Source of the DNA: Eledone cirrhosa
Lineage: Eukaryota
Reading direction: 5' to 3'
Length of the DNA: 64,000 nucleotides
Assembly (NCBI GenBank): GCA_964016885.1
Contig: OZ024757.1
Coordinates: forward strand, 12,834,001-12,898,000
The notes under the pieces were generated by a model. The model saw nothing but the letters and a program-made list of their open reading frames with translations. It ran no database searches and was not told the DNA's origin. Positions 1 to 9,316 of the stretch are shown piece after piece. How positions within the stretch are numbered: the stretch's first letter is position 1; the number at the start of each line of letters is the position of its first letter. The position numbers were made by a program, and so were the translations under genes.

Positions 1-10
1 ATGTATTGAG

Positions 11-34
11 TATATATATATATATATATATATA
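11..34. repeat. (TA)n microsatellite
   Basis: Uninterrupted TATATA run. Confidence 0.95.
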
Positions 35-304
35 TTAAAATAACAGAAACTAAAAAAAATCAATCTATGAACGCAGAAGGAAATATTTCGAAAAACTTTG
101 CAACCGAAGGAAGACGGGAAGACGATACTTTGGTCCGTGAAGACGTTTCCTGGCAATGAACGGAAAAAAGCGAAGATAATACGTCGTTATGTGGAGCGGT
201 GACAACAATTACACGTAAAGACAAAACCACATTTATGGTATAAATGGAGTTGTAGACTAATATACTATTTAGGAAACTGAATGATTCTCGGCTTCGGAGT
301 TCAG

Positions 305-364
305 AATAATTGTTTCTACTTTTGCCACAAGGCCAGCAAATACCCAGTGCATTACTGGTACTTT
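305..364 (-). mobile_element. 3' fragment of a tRNA-derived SINE, a local duplicate of the 3' end of the SINE at 427-548
   Basis: aataattgtttctacttttgccacaaggccagcaaatacccagtgcattactggtact aligns with 427-485 (taataattgtttctactttttggcacatggccagcaattatccagtacattactgttact). Confidence 0.6.
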
Positions 365-426
365 ACAGAATAATGTAAATAAATTAGTTGAATGAAAATT
401 ACAGAGGTTATTAAAATCATAAAACT

Positions 427-548
427 AATAATTGTTTCTACTTTTTGGCACATGGCCAGCAATTATCCAGTACATTACTGTTACTGTATTTTATCGACCC
501 CGTAAGGATGAAAGGTAAAGTTAACCTCGGCGGGATTTGAACTCAGAC
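427..548 (-). mobile_element. 5'-truncated tRNA-derived SINE
   Basis: The minus strand reads gtctGAGTTCAAATCCcgccgagg (Pol III B-box), then a body resembling an abundant octopus SINE (atcgaccccg-aaggatgaaagg on +) and a (TTA)n-type tail. The family is recognised from memory. Confidence 0.7.
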
Positions 549-571
549 CATCCATTTAAGTAATAAAAATT

Positions 572-924
572 AAATATATACATAAAAACAATTATACAGG
601 TGCATATGCGAAAACACACACCATGCATGCATATACATGCACATACACATAAACACGCTCACACGGAGGTAAACCGGCGCGACACATATACCCGCACACA
701 TACGAACGTATACACCAAATACACATATAAATATATGTTTGTGTGTGTGTATATACATATAATTATAAATATACACACATAAATGTGTATAGAACGCACA
801 CTCGCACATATCTACAGGTTAATACACACGTTCGCCAAACATACATATACCAAAACCCTATGTACACATATACATACCATACAAACGTGCAAACACATAT
901 ACATACATACATACATACATACAT
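572..924. repeat. CA/TA-rich low-complexity tract ending in (CATA)n
   Basis: Degenerate ACAC/ATAT sequence with near-perfect (CATA)n at ~896-924. Confidence 0.85.
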
Positions 925-1075
925 GGTGGCTGCCAACTCGTTTTCGAGTACGGCCACTACTTTATATCCATGTAGGAGAACCCCTACTGATGCGCTGAAC
1001 AAGTGACTTTTTAGTCCAGCCAGCGACTTGAAAACTCTGGTACAAACACTACACTTGTGACAATTATTGACACAT
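896..1075 (-). mobile_element. 3' end of a non-LTR retrotransposon (RTE-like): C-terminal zinc-finger remnant, 3' stem-loop and (GTAT)n tail
   Basis: The minus strand translates to HKCSVCTRVFKSLAGLKSHL (CxxC...H finger of the type found at RTE ORF C-termini). It is followed by the hairpin gtggc..actcg-tttt-cgagt..gccac (926-957) and a microsatellite tail. Confidence 0.55.
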
Positions 1076-1284
1076 AGTGCTGGGCCCATGGTACCATGTG
1101 ATGACAAGTGCAGAGAGATCACCAGATATAAAGCAATGCCTGTGCTGTAAAGCTTTTATAGTGAGTAAAGGCACTGCACAAAGCCAGTCTCACTCTCTTA
1201 ACCAAGATGATATTTACCAAAAAGAAAAACAAGTCAACATCATTGGATACCATCAGGGTTGCAGGTGTTATATCAGAGTTTTCC

Positions 1285-1320
1285 TTCTCCTAGAATTCTG
1301 CCTTGACAAAGGCTAAGGGG
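1285..1320. mobile_element. possible short interspersed-repeat fragment
   Basis: gttttccttctcctagaattctgccttgacaaaggctaag resembles a mollusc SINE segment as I recall it. It is too short to confirm. Confidence 0.3.
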
Positions 1321-1325
1321 TCATC

Positions 1326-1358
1326 ATATATATAGATACATACATACATGTATGAATG

Positions 1359-1389
<31 letters not shown>
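1326..1389. repeat. compound (TA)n/(CATA)n/(GA)n microsatellite
   Basis: Read directly from the sequence. Confidence 0.9.
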
Positions 1390-1548
1390 CAGATGTAACT
1401 GATGTTTCTAGCTGTTAGAGAGACTACATAGGTTTTCTTATTGATATATAATTGATATTTTATTGAGTGATACTTTATGATTTACAATAAATTAAATACG
1501 ATTGGAAGTGTGTGTGAAGGTATTAAATTATATCAGGGACTTTTAACG

Positions 1549-1665
1549 TATGACACCGGTGAGTTAAATCATTTCCAACGACACCGAGTACCTGCTGTCT
1601 TTATTTATGACACCGTACGAGAGTTGAAACATTCTCAACAACACCGGGTACCAGCTGTCTTCATT
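1549..1665. repeat. two-copy ~57-bp tandem duplication
   Basis: tatgacaccg...acaccgagtacctgctgtctttatt at 1549 is repeated at 1606 as tatgacaccg...acaccgggtaccagctgtcttcatt. Confidence 0.8.
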
Positions 1666-2520
1666 ATAACTTTAATTAATCTAATTATATCATGTGTAAC
1701 AATTATATATACACACAATTTTATTTCCCCGACATCAGTCTTCCACTGTCATATCTATTCTTACTTTACAATTGTGTCTACGAAGAGTTCCATTACAATC
1801 AGTAGTAGTAAAACTACTGTTTCACCAGAACATCTGCTATCAGTCATTTATAGACAATATATATATTTTAGACCTCATATCAACCTAATATATATATATT
1901 TCCTATCAAATCTGTAGCTAAAGACATAAAGTCAGCCTCACTACTTCATTCTGACAAGATATCAATTTATGACTAAAGACGAAGAAGATACACCAACGTT
2001 AATGTCGTGAAATAAAGCTGATAACATCTTTGAAACTTCTAATTTGATAACAAAGAGATTATTTCTTTGGTTGTTTAGTAAAACCTAACAACACAACACA
2101 TTGATTATATCTGAAGGAGGTTGACAAAGATTTACTTAATGTCTATATTAATGTGTGTAAATAATATAATTATCTGAACCCTACAACGATCCAGTAATTA
2201 TATATACAAGTGAAAATATATATAACAACATTAGAAAAATATATTTCTTCCTCCACTTTTATATATATAAAAAAAACTTCCAAACTGAAATGTTGATGTG
2301 TTATTTTTCAATCAGCAGATTCCACTGTTACATGTGATATAAAATATATTGTTATCATGACTGTCTTTATTATTTAAAATACCTCCGTCTATATTTCAAC
2401 CACTGGAACAACCTCAAACAAGAAACAGTTGTCACACCCTCAGTCAACATTTTAATGTCATAAATCGAAATATATGTTATGAGTGTATATAGATAGCTGT
2501 ATGTTGTGTGTGTATATATT

Positions 2521-3107
2521 CAGTAATCCCCCGCTATATCGCCGTTCACTTTTCGCGGTCCCATTACATCGCGGATATTTCTTTGGAACGTATCTAATTT
2601 CCTATCGCGGTAATCCTCGCCACATCGCGGATTATTCGTTAGAACATATCTAGTTTCTTATCGCGGTACGTCTGAATAAAAAGTGTTTAAAATTTAAACT
2701 TATTAAATAAGTTTCAATGTTATTAAAGTGTATATCGTAAGGAAGGGACATCTTAAGGCTTTAATTATAAACAAATGTTTATATTTTTCATTCCATTACT
2801 GTTTTACTGATTGTGTTTTTTTCTCTAATCTACTACAAACCCTTCATAGATTGACGGGAGATGTGCAGTGTATTACCAAGTGGCTACCGTGGCTGGCAAT
2901 GGTCCTCATTGGTAACTAGTGGTATGATAGTTGGTGGTAATTTCTCTACGATCGTTACTGGTTGTTTTTGGTGTTTAAATACAAAAGTGTTTTAATGGGT
3001 TTATATGTACTTAAAGCATGTATGAGAGGTATTTTAAGGCTTAAACTATGGAAACAACGGTTGTCTTTATGGTTTCTCTATATCACGGTTGGTTCTGGAA
3101 CGTATCC
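2521..3107. mobile_element. Tc1/mariner-pogo (Tigger-like) non-autonomous DNA transposon with the right TIR lost
   Basis: It starts CAGTAATCCCCCGCTATATCGC, a Tigger/pogo-type terminus. It contains repeated subterminal (A/T)TCGCGG motifs (2540-2670) and ends ...ggttctggaacgtatcc, where a SINE begins. Confidence 0.6.
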
Positions 3108-3664
3108 TGGGTTAGTGGTTAGAGCATTGGGCTTGCAATTAAAAGGTGGTGAGTTCGAGTCTCTGGCCGTGTGATGTGTTGTATCCTTGAGCAAGACACT
3201 TTATTTCACGTTGCTCCAGTTTACTCAGCTGTAGAAATGAGCTGTAATGTCACTGGTGCCAAGCTGTATCGGCCATAGCTTTTCCCTTGGACATATATAT
3301 AGTGTATAGATACTGTATAATATATATATAGTGTATATATACTGTATAATATATATAGTATATATATGTGTTGTGATGTCACTGATGCCAAGCTGTATCG
3401 GCCATAACCTTTCTCTTGGACAACATATATAGTGTATATATAGATACTGTACACAGTGTATAATATGTATACAGTATATATGCAGTATATATGTTGTGAT
3501 GTCACTAGTGCCAAGCTGTATCAGCCATTACCTTTCTCTTGGACATCATGTATAGTGTATAGATACTGTATATATAGATAGTGTATATTTTATATGTATG
3601 GTTTATATATACTGTACATAGTGTATATATAGTATATATATATAGTGTGTATATATTGTACATA

Positions 3665-3702
<38 letters not shown>

Positions 3703-3955
3703 TATATGTTGTGAAAGCACTGGTGCCAAGCTGTATCAGTCATTACCTTTCCCTTGGACAACATTATATGTAGTGTATAATATATAGTGTACACAGTGTA
3801 TATATAATATATATATATATAGTGTATATATATATTGTGATGTCACTAGTACCAAGCTGTATCAGTCATTACCTTTCCCTTGGACAACATCGGTGGCGTG
3901 GAGTGAGAGACTGGTATAAATGGGTGACTGCTGGTCTTCCTCAAACAACCGTACT
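3108..3955 (+). mobile_element. tRNA-derived CORE-type SINE with an internally amplified segment
   Basis: A-box-like tgggttagtggttagagc (3108-3125), B-box gagttcgagtc (3151-3161) and CORE-like tccttgagcaagacacttt (~3184-3202). The body resumes at 3891 after five copies of an internal ~52-bp segment. Confidence 0.7.
3243..3890. repeat. five copies of a ~52-55-bp SINE-internal repeat separated by TA-rich spacers
   Basis: tgtgatgtcactggtgccaagctgtatc(g/a)gccat(a/t)acctttcccttggacaacat at 3243, 3372, 3495, 3710 and 3836. Confidence 0.9.
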
Positions 3956-3956
3956 T

Positions 3957-4950
3957 ATCTTCTTACTCCATATCTTCCATCAATTGTGTGAGGTCAGCTT
4001 CTATCACCTCATCCCAGGTCTTCCTACTCCATATCTTCCTTCAATTGTGTGAGGTCAGCTTTTATCACCTCATCCCAGGTCTTTCTACTCCATATCTTCC
4101 ATCAGTTGTATGAGGTCAGCTTCTATCACCTCATCCCAGGTCTTCCTACTCTATATCTTCCTTCAATTGTGTGAGGTCATCTTCTATCACCTCATCCCAG
4201 GTCTTTCTACTCCATATCTTCCATCAGTTGTATGAGGTCAGCTTCTATCACCTCATCCCAGGTCTTCCTACTCCATAGCTTCCATCAATTGTGTTAGGTC
4301 AGCTTCTATCACCTCATCTCAGGTCTTTCTACTCCATATCTTCCATCAGTTGTATGAGGTCAGCTTCTATCACCTCATCCCAGGTCTTCCTACTCCATAT
4401 CTTCCTTCAATTGTGTGAGGTCAGCTTTTATCACCTCATCCCAGGTCTTTCTACTCCATATCTTCCATCAGTTGTATGAGGTCAGCTTCTATCACCTCAT
4501 CTCAGGTCTTTCTACTCCATATCTTCCATCAATTGTGTTAGGTCAGCTTCTATCACCTCATTCCAGGTCTTTCTACTCCATATCTTCCATCAATTATGTG
4601 AGATCAGCTTCTATCACCTCATCCCAGGTCTTTCTACTCCATAACTTCCATCAATTGTGTGAGGTCAGCTCATCCCAGATCTTTCTACTCCATATCTTCC
4701 ATCAATTGTGTGAGGTCAGCTTCTATCACCTCATCCCAGGTCTTCCTACTCCATATCTTCCATCAATTGTGTGAGATCAGCTTCTATCACCTCATCCCAG
4801 GTCTTCCTACTCCATATCTCCCATCAATTGTGTGAGGTCAGCTTTTATCACCTCATCCCAGGTCTTTCTACTCCATAACTTCCATCAATTGTGTGAGGTC
4901 AGCTTTTATCACCTCATCCCAGCTCTTCCTACTTCACAGCTTCCATCAAT
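3957..4950. repeat. 61-bp minisatellite (~16 copies) derived from an RTE LINE ORF C-terminus
   Basis: Unit ggtcagcttctatcacctcatcccaggtcttcctactccatatcttccatcaattgtgtga, period 61 (3992 to 4053). It shares tcacctcatcccaggtctt with the RTE fragment at ~8958-8976. Confidence 0.92.
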
Positions 4951-5048
4951 TTTATAAAATGCTTGAAAATGACTTAGAAAAATTTTTAATCAAAGTCAAA
5001 ATTTAATCCCAAAGAGAGGAAATTGGAACATTATCCACTGAAAGTTGC

Positions 5049-5269
5049 TTAACCCTCTAACATTTAAACTAGCCATAACTGGCCATAATTTTGTCCCCTT
5101 TTTCATTTTAAACCAGCTGTAATTGGCCACTCAGTCTGATGTTAAGGTATTGTTCTCAATATAAATAATATCAAAATCTCATAGATTCGATATTATGTGA
5201 CATATGTGAGGTAATGTCTTTACAATGGAAATATAATAGTATATATGTAGTAATGTAAATGCTAAAGAA
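5049..5269. mobile_element. piggyBac-type MITE (TTAA-CCCT terminus), decayed
   Basis: The left end is TTAA|CCCTCTAACATTTA. The right end taaatgctaaag (5256-5267) is an imperfect reverse complement, and the right TTAA is not preserved. Confidence 0.55.
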
Positions 5270-5449
5270 AGGACTTTTAGGTGCCAAAATATTGGACAAA
5301 TAAAAGAACAACAAAAAAACATAGCAAAGATTACCAGGTAACTTTTACTATTCCTCATCTTACAGTCCATTTTGCCTTGTTTAGCCTTCTATCTCTTTCA
5401 ATATATATTATATAGAATGCTTCAAGCCAACTACAACATTTTATTATAT

Positions 5450-5678
5450 ATCATCATCATCAATTAACGTCCATCTTCCATGCTAGCATGGGCTAGACCG
5501 GTCCCATTTAGAGGCAATTTGGGTCAGGTGACCGTGTCTCACTCATATAGGGGTGTTTCTGGTTAGCTTTCTATGGCAGGATGCCCTTCCTAATGCCAAC
5601 CACATTGACAGTGTGGAATGGGTGCATTTCCCAAGACACCTACATGTCCACTTTACAGGGTGGGCTAGGTGCTTTTTG
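5450..5678 (-). mobile_element. 3' part of a retroposon (SINE or RTE 3' end) with a (GAT)n tail
   Basis: atcatcatcatcaattaacgtccatcttccatgctagcatgggctagac ... ggatgcccttcctaatgccaaccac. It is homologous to the neighbouring copy at 5726-5915. Confidence 0.65.
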
Positions 5679-5725
5679 CTGTGTCTTTTACACGTCCAGT
5701 GTGGGTGGGATATATATGTCTGTGT

Positions 5726-5915
5726 CATCACCATTTAATGTCCATTTTTCCATTCTGGCATGGGTTAGACAGGTCATCCACACCAGGAGGCAAGTCTGGC
5801 CAGGGTTGGCCATGTGTCACACCTTGCTCAGGCGAGGTCTGTAAATTTGGTCGGGTACTTTACAGCTGGATTCCCTTCCTAACACCAACCATATTTACAG
5901 TGTGGGACTGGATGG
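5726..5915 (-). mobile_element. second diverged copy of the same retroposon 3' part
   Basis: catcaccatttaatgtccatttttccattctggcatgggttagac ... ggattcccttcctaacaccaacc aligns with 5450-5605. Confidence 0.65.
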
Positions 5916-5920
5916 TTCTG

Positions 5921-6205
5921 TTATGAGGAGGGACAGGCCAGTTGGCTGCACTGAACCCATCTCACAGTGCAACTATAATTTTGGGGCCTGGTACTGGGTG
6001 GCACCATTATGAGGAGGGGTGGCCAGCCAGATGGGCCAAACCCTTTTCATGAGGTTACCATAGTTATGGGGACTGGTACTGGATGGTACAGTTATGAGAA
6101 GGGCTGGCCAGTTTGCTGCACCACTATGGGGAGGGTAGCCAGTCGGCCGTGCCAAACCCATCTCACAAGGTTACCACAGTTTTGGGGCCCTGTACTAGAT
6201 GACAT
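5921..6205. repeat. diverged ~85-bp GC-richer tandem repeat (3 copies plus a partial copy)
   Basis: ttatgaggaggg..ggccag..aacccatctcaca..ttttggggcc.ggtactgg units start at 5921, 6007, 6092 (partial) and 6125. Confidence 0.7.
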
Positions 6206-6281
6206 CGCTATAGTCATGGTGCAGCTGTAGTTTGACATATATATAGCCTTGGTTTATATAAATAAACATCACAGGTATATT

Positions 6282-6738
6282 TCTACAGTTTACCAATGTA
6301 CCGTATTTACCGGTGCCGAAGCTGTCAGAATTTTTGAAAAAAAAAATAATAAACAACCTTCGGCCTCCAGGACGTATGGTAGATTTTTTAGACTAATATT
6401 AAGGAAGAAGTAATTTCTTTGACGCTGGTAAAAATGTAAAGTTTCCACTGTTAAATCTATCTCTGTATTTTAAGTATTCTCTATTATACTGTTTCTTTCT
6501 TATAAGTCCTATAAGAATGAATTTTTTGCTAAACTGCCAGAGAGCAGACCTCTGAAGCGATAGAAGGATATAATTCATATAACATGCTGGAATACTACTG
6601 CTTACATTGGAGAGAATTGCTCAGGACAGTAAAGTTGATATCTACAGTTTACCAATATAGAAATATAAAATTTCCATTGTTAAATCTGTCTCTGCTTCTA
6701 AAGTATTCTGTATTATCTCATACTGTTTCTTTCTTATT
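6282..6738. repeat. local duplication of an intron-3'-end-like segment
   Basis: tctacagtttaccaat...tttcca.tgttaaatct.tctctg...aagtattct...atactgtttctttcttat occurs at 6282-6503 (interrupted by the MITE) and at 6641-6738. Confidence 0.7.
6301..6436. mobile_element. small Tc1/mariner-type MITE with a TA target duplication
   Basis: TA|CCGTATTTACCGGTG ... CGCTGGTAAAAATG|TA (degenerate TIRs). It is absent from the paralogous segment at 6641-6738, which defines it as an insertion. Confidence 0.5.
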
Positions 6739-6977
6739 TCAGAATATCAGATGACATTGGGATAAATTATTATTTAAAATCTTGGATACATCACCTCTAT
6801 TTATCATCATTTGAAGACTAAAACCTTCTAAACAGAACTTATGTAACACTGTTTATATAAATCTCTCGTCGTATTACTGTGGAATATTTCCTCAAAATTG
6901 AGTTTATTTTCCTCACTATGAGATGGTTTTGTATTTTAACTAAACTTGGATGAAACATAAGTTTATATTATCTTCAG
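6725..6977 (+). promoter_or_regulatory. candidate splice acceptors upstream of the ZNF coding exon (AG ending at 6742 and 6977)
   Basis: Polypyrimidine tract plus CAG: gtttctttcttatttcAG (6742) and tatattatcttcAG (6977). There is no transcript evidence. Confidence 0.4.
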
Positions 6978-7094
6978 ATATTAACTGAAATTACAGTTGA
7001 GGGAAATATAGAAGAAGAAATATTTTATAAGAAATATAATATAAAAAATACTACAAGGAAAACATTTGTATATTCTGTTGAAGAAGAAATCATT

Positions 7095-7445
7095 ATGGAA
7101 AATAAATTGACAAAGAAGATTAAATGTGAAACACAATCTAAATTGCTTAGTATTCCTGTTGAGATGATGAAGGTTAGAGAAGAGAAGCCATATCACTGTG
7201 ATATCTGTGGTAAATCATTCTCTCAAAGTGGTACCTTAACTACTCACAAACATATACATACAGGAGACAAGCTATACCGCTGTGATATCTGTGGTAAATC
7301 ATTCTCTGACAGTAGTACCTTCACTAGACACAAACGTATACATACAGGAGACAAGCCATACCACTGTGATATCTGTGGTAATTCATTCTCTGGGAAAAGT
7401 AGCCTAACTACTCACACACTTATACATGCAGAAGAGCAATCATAA
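7095..7445 (+). CDS. C2H2 (Kruppel-type) zinc-finger protein with 3 intact fingers, apparently truncated from a longer array
   Basis: 116-aa ORF: [79 protein letters not shown]. These are CxxC-x12-HxxxH fingers with TGEKP-like linkers. The start context is ATTATGG. Confidence 0.85.
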   Translation: MENKLTKKIKCETQSKLLSIPVEMMKVREEKPYHCDICGKSFSQSGTLTTHKHIHTGDKLYRCDICGKSFSDSSTFTRHKRIHTGDKPYHCDICGNSFSGKSSLTTHTLIHAEEQS

Positions 7446-7900
7446 CACATTAACATCAGTGATAATTCATTCTCTCAAATTTGTGAATTAATGAGAATAC
7501 AAATACATATCATTGTAACATCTTAGGGAAATCATTCTCTTTGAATGTTACATTAACTACACACACACATTTACATACAGCTGGGAAGCCATATCACTTT
7601 GATATATTTGGTACCACATTCTCTAAATGTTGTGGCTTCACTAGACACTAACATCTACAGGAGAGGAACTATATCACTGTGATGTCTGTGGTAAATCATT
7701 TTCTAAATGTCGTGGCTTCACTAGACAGCAACATATACATACAGGAGAGGAACCATATCACTGTGATGACTGTGATAAATCCTTCTCTAAATGTTGTGGT
7801 TTAATTAGACACTAACATATACAGGAGAGGAACCATATCACTGTGATGTCTGTGGTAAATCATTCTCTCATAAAGATTACTTAATGCAACACAATTAGAT
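7443..7900 (+). pseudogene. about six degenerate C2H2 finger units downstream of the stop codon
   Basis: tatcactgtgat..tgtggtaaatcattctct..acaggagagg units at ~7443, 7508, 7592, 7672, 7756 and 7836 carry stops, lost Cys/His residues and frameshifts. Confidence 0.85.
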
Positions 7901-7952
7901 AAAAACCATGTCACTCACCTAAAATAGTGCCATCAATGTTGTTAATATTTTG

Positions 7953-7958
7953 AATAAA
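7953..7958 (+). terminator. candidate polyadenylation signal AATAAA for the ZNF transcript
   Basis: First AATAAA after the decayed finger array. The assignment rests on position only. Confidence 0.35.
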
Positions 7959-7975
7959 CCTGTTTTACTAAGAAA

Positions 7976-8375
7976 TTCTTCTCCTTTCATTTTATGTCCG
8001 TACAAACAGTCTTCTCTCTTACACACCACTTCAGCTCACTCTTAAACCCAGCTTCTTCTTGAACTTGTCCAAGCTCTCCCTTTCTCTCACATTTACATAA
8101 CATATCCTACAAAGCATGGTTGTTTCATTTCTCTCCAGTCTACATATCCTCTGCAGTCACAGCCCTTGTTTCGTTACCATGCATCATTGCACATCACCCA
8201 CATGTGTCATACAGTTGTCCTTTTGTACAGAGAGAGAGAAACCTTTTGTGGTCAACTGTTGCAGTAGCTCTCTAAATTTTTTCCATCCTATCCGTATTCT
8301 AGCTATACACCTTTCAGAGCAGCCCCCTCCACTGCTAATTAACTCACCTAGATTGCAAAATATATTTGTCAGCAT
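7976..8375 (-). mobile_element. RTE-clade LINE fragment (post-RT/C-terminal ORF region), decayed
   Basis: Minus-strand translation FCNLGELISSGGGCSERCIARIRIGWKKFRELL...TKGFSL...MLCRICYVNVRERESLDKFKKKLGL...ERRL..YGH. It matches the F.YLG / ARI..GW..F / RRLRWYGH motifs of RTE ORFs, with frameshifts. Confidence 0.8.
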
Positions 8376-8449
8376 ACTTAATGAAGGGTCTGTTTGGAAG
8401 TGCCTCCCCTAATAAACAGTGGTGCCATAACTGGACTCAGAAACCAATG

Positions 8450-8812
8450 GTCACACATACAAGGTAAGTTAGCTAAGAACGTAGGTTTTACATTGGTTCA
8501 CTGTGCTGGAGAAGTAAGCAGCAATCACGTTTAGGAGACAGGCTCTATCAAATATTTAAAGGGTTCCATAGAAGCAGTTGACAGTTTCTGTTACCTGGGG
8601 TACCAAATAAGCAGTGGAGGTAGGAGTTCTGAAAGTACAGTAACAAGAGTAAGAGCAAGATGGCAGAGGTTTAGGGTGTTACTACTGCTGCTGGCTACAA
8701 AAGGTTGTTTCATCAAATTGATGTGTGCATATGAACAGCAATGCTGCATTTAAGTGAGGACCTCAGAAGATTGGATAGAAATGAAGCTTGAATTCTCCAA
8801 TGCATGTGTAAC
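8450..8812 (+). mobile_element. RTE-clade LINE fragment, decayed
   Basis: Plus-strand translation ...GSIEAVDSFCYLGYQISSGGRSSESTVTRVRARWQRFRVLLLLLATKG...AMLH..EDLRRLDRNEA*ILQCMCN. Confidence 0.8.
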
Positions 8813-9316
8813 AGGGTGTGGGGTCATATTGTCTATATGCTTCAGCTTCGGCTTGTGCCCGTGGGGGTTTGGATCTTCTGTATTACTGCGTGACACCAGA
8901 GGTCACGGTCGTGTGTTATCGCTTTTGAAAGGTGTAATTGGGTAAGGTTGGCTTTTATCACCTCATCCCAGGTCTTCTTGGGTCTCCCCACTCTGCGGTT
9001 TCCATAGACTTCTAGTGCTCTTCACCTTTTTATGCAGCTGTCATCCTTCATGTGCATCACATGTCCATACCAACGCAACCTCCTCTCCTGCACACAGCAC
9101 TTGATTCCTCTTATGCTCAGTCTCTCTCTCAATGCATTTATGCTTTATTGTTCGTGTATATTACTATTACACATTCATCGGAGCATGCAGGCTTCGTTTC
9201 TTTCTAATCTATGCAAATCTTCCACAGTCAGCACGCAGGTCTCACTACCATGTAACATTGCTGTTCGTATACACACCTCATAGTCAGCCTTTCATTTTGA
9301 GGGAGAAGCCTTTTGC
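8813..9316 (-). mobile_element. RTE-clade LINE fragment including the ORF C-terminus, cut at 9316 by the G-rich satellite
   Basis: Minus strand: KGFSLKMKG..RTAMLHGSET..EDLHRLERNEACMLR*MCN..QERRLRWYGHVMHM..ALEVYGNRRVGRPKKTWDEVIKANLTQLHLSKAITHDRDLWCHAV. The stop is at ~8842-8844. Confidence 0.85.

Noticed and set aside
40-260. CpG-containing stretch with short matches to the satellite (aaaaaaaatcaat, atatttcgaaaaact)
   Set aside because: The matches are short and AT-rich, as expected by chance. No promoter or repeat identity can be supported.
570-1006. Overlapping ORFs rich in H/T/Y/I or C/V/M
   Set aside because: These are artefacts of CA/TA low-complexity sequence. Only the CxxC..H part of the 763-1122 ORF was kept, as a LINE remnant.
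1477-1917. 146-aa ORF with an internal repeat
   Set aside because: It has no recognisable domain and the I/Y/S/T bias of AT-rich non-coding DNA. The 57-bp DNA duplication explains the repeat.
3108-3175. tRNA gene
   Set aside because: A/B boxes are present, but there is no complete cloverleaf or acceptor stem, and the sequence runs straight into a SINE body.
3243-3890. CRISPR-like repeat-spacer array
   Set aside because: The context is eukaryotic with no cas genes. The repeats are ~52-bp SINE-internal sequence, and the spacers are related low-complexity TA tracts of unequal length.
3822-4774. Repetitive ORFs across the 61-bp minisatellite
   Set aside because: The unit length is not a multiple of three, so frames rotate and stop. 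There is no coding signature on the + strand.
7976-9316. An intact, active retrotransposon
   Set aside because: Only short C-terminal fragments with stops and frameshifts are present. There is no endonuclease domain or RT catalytic core in the window.
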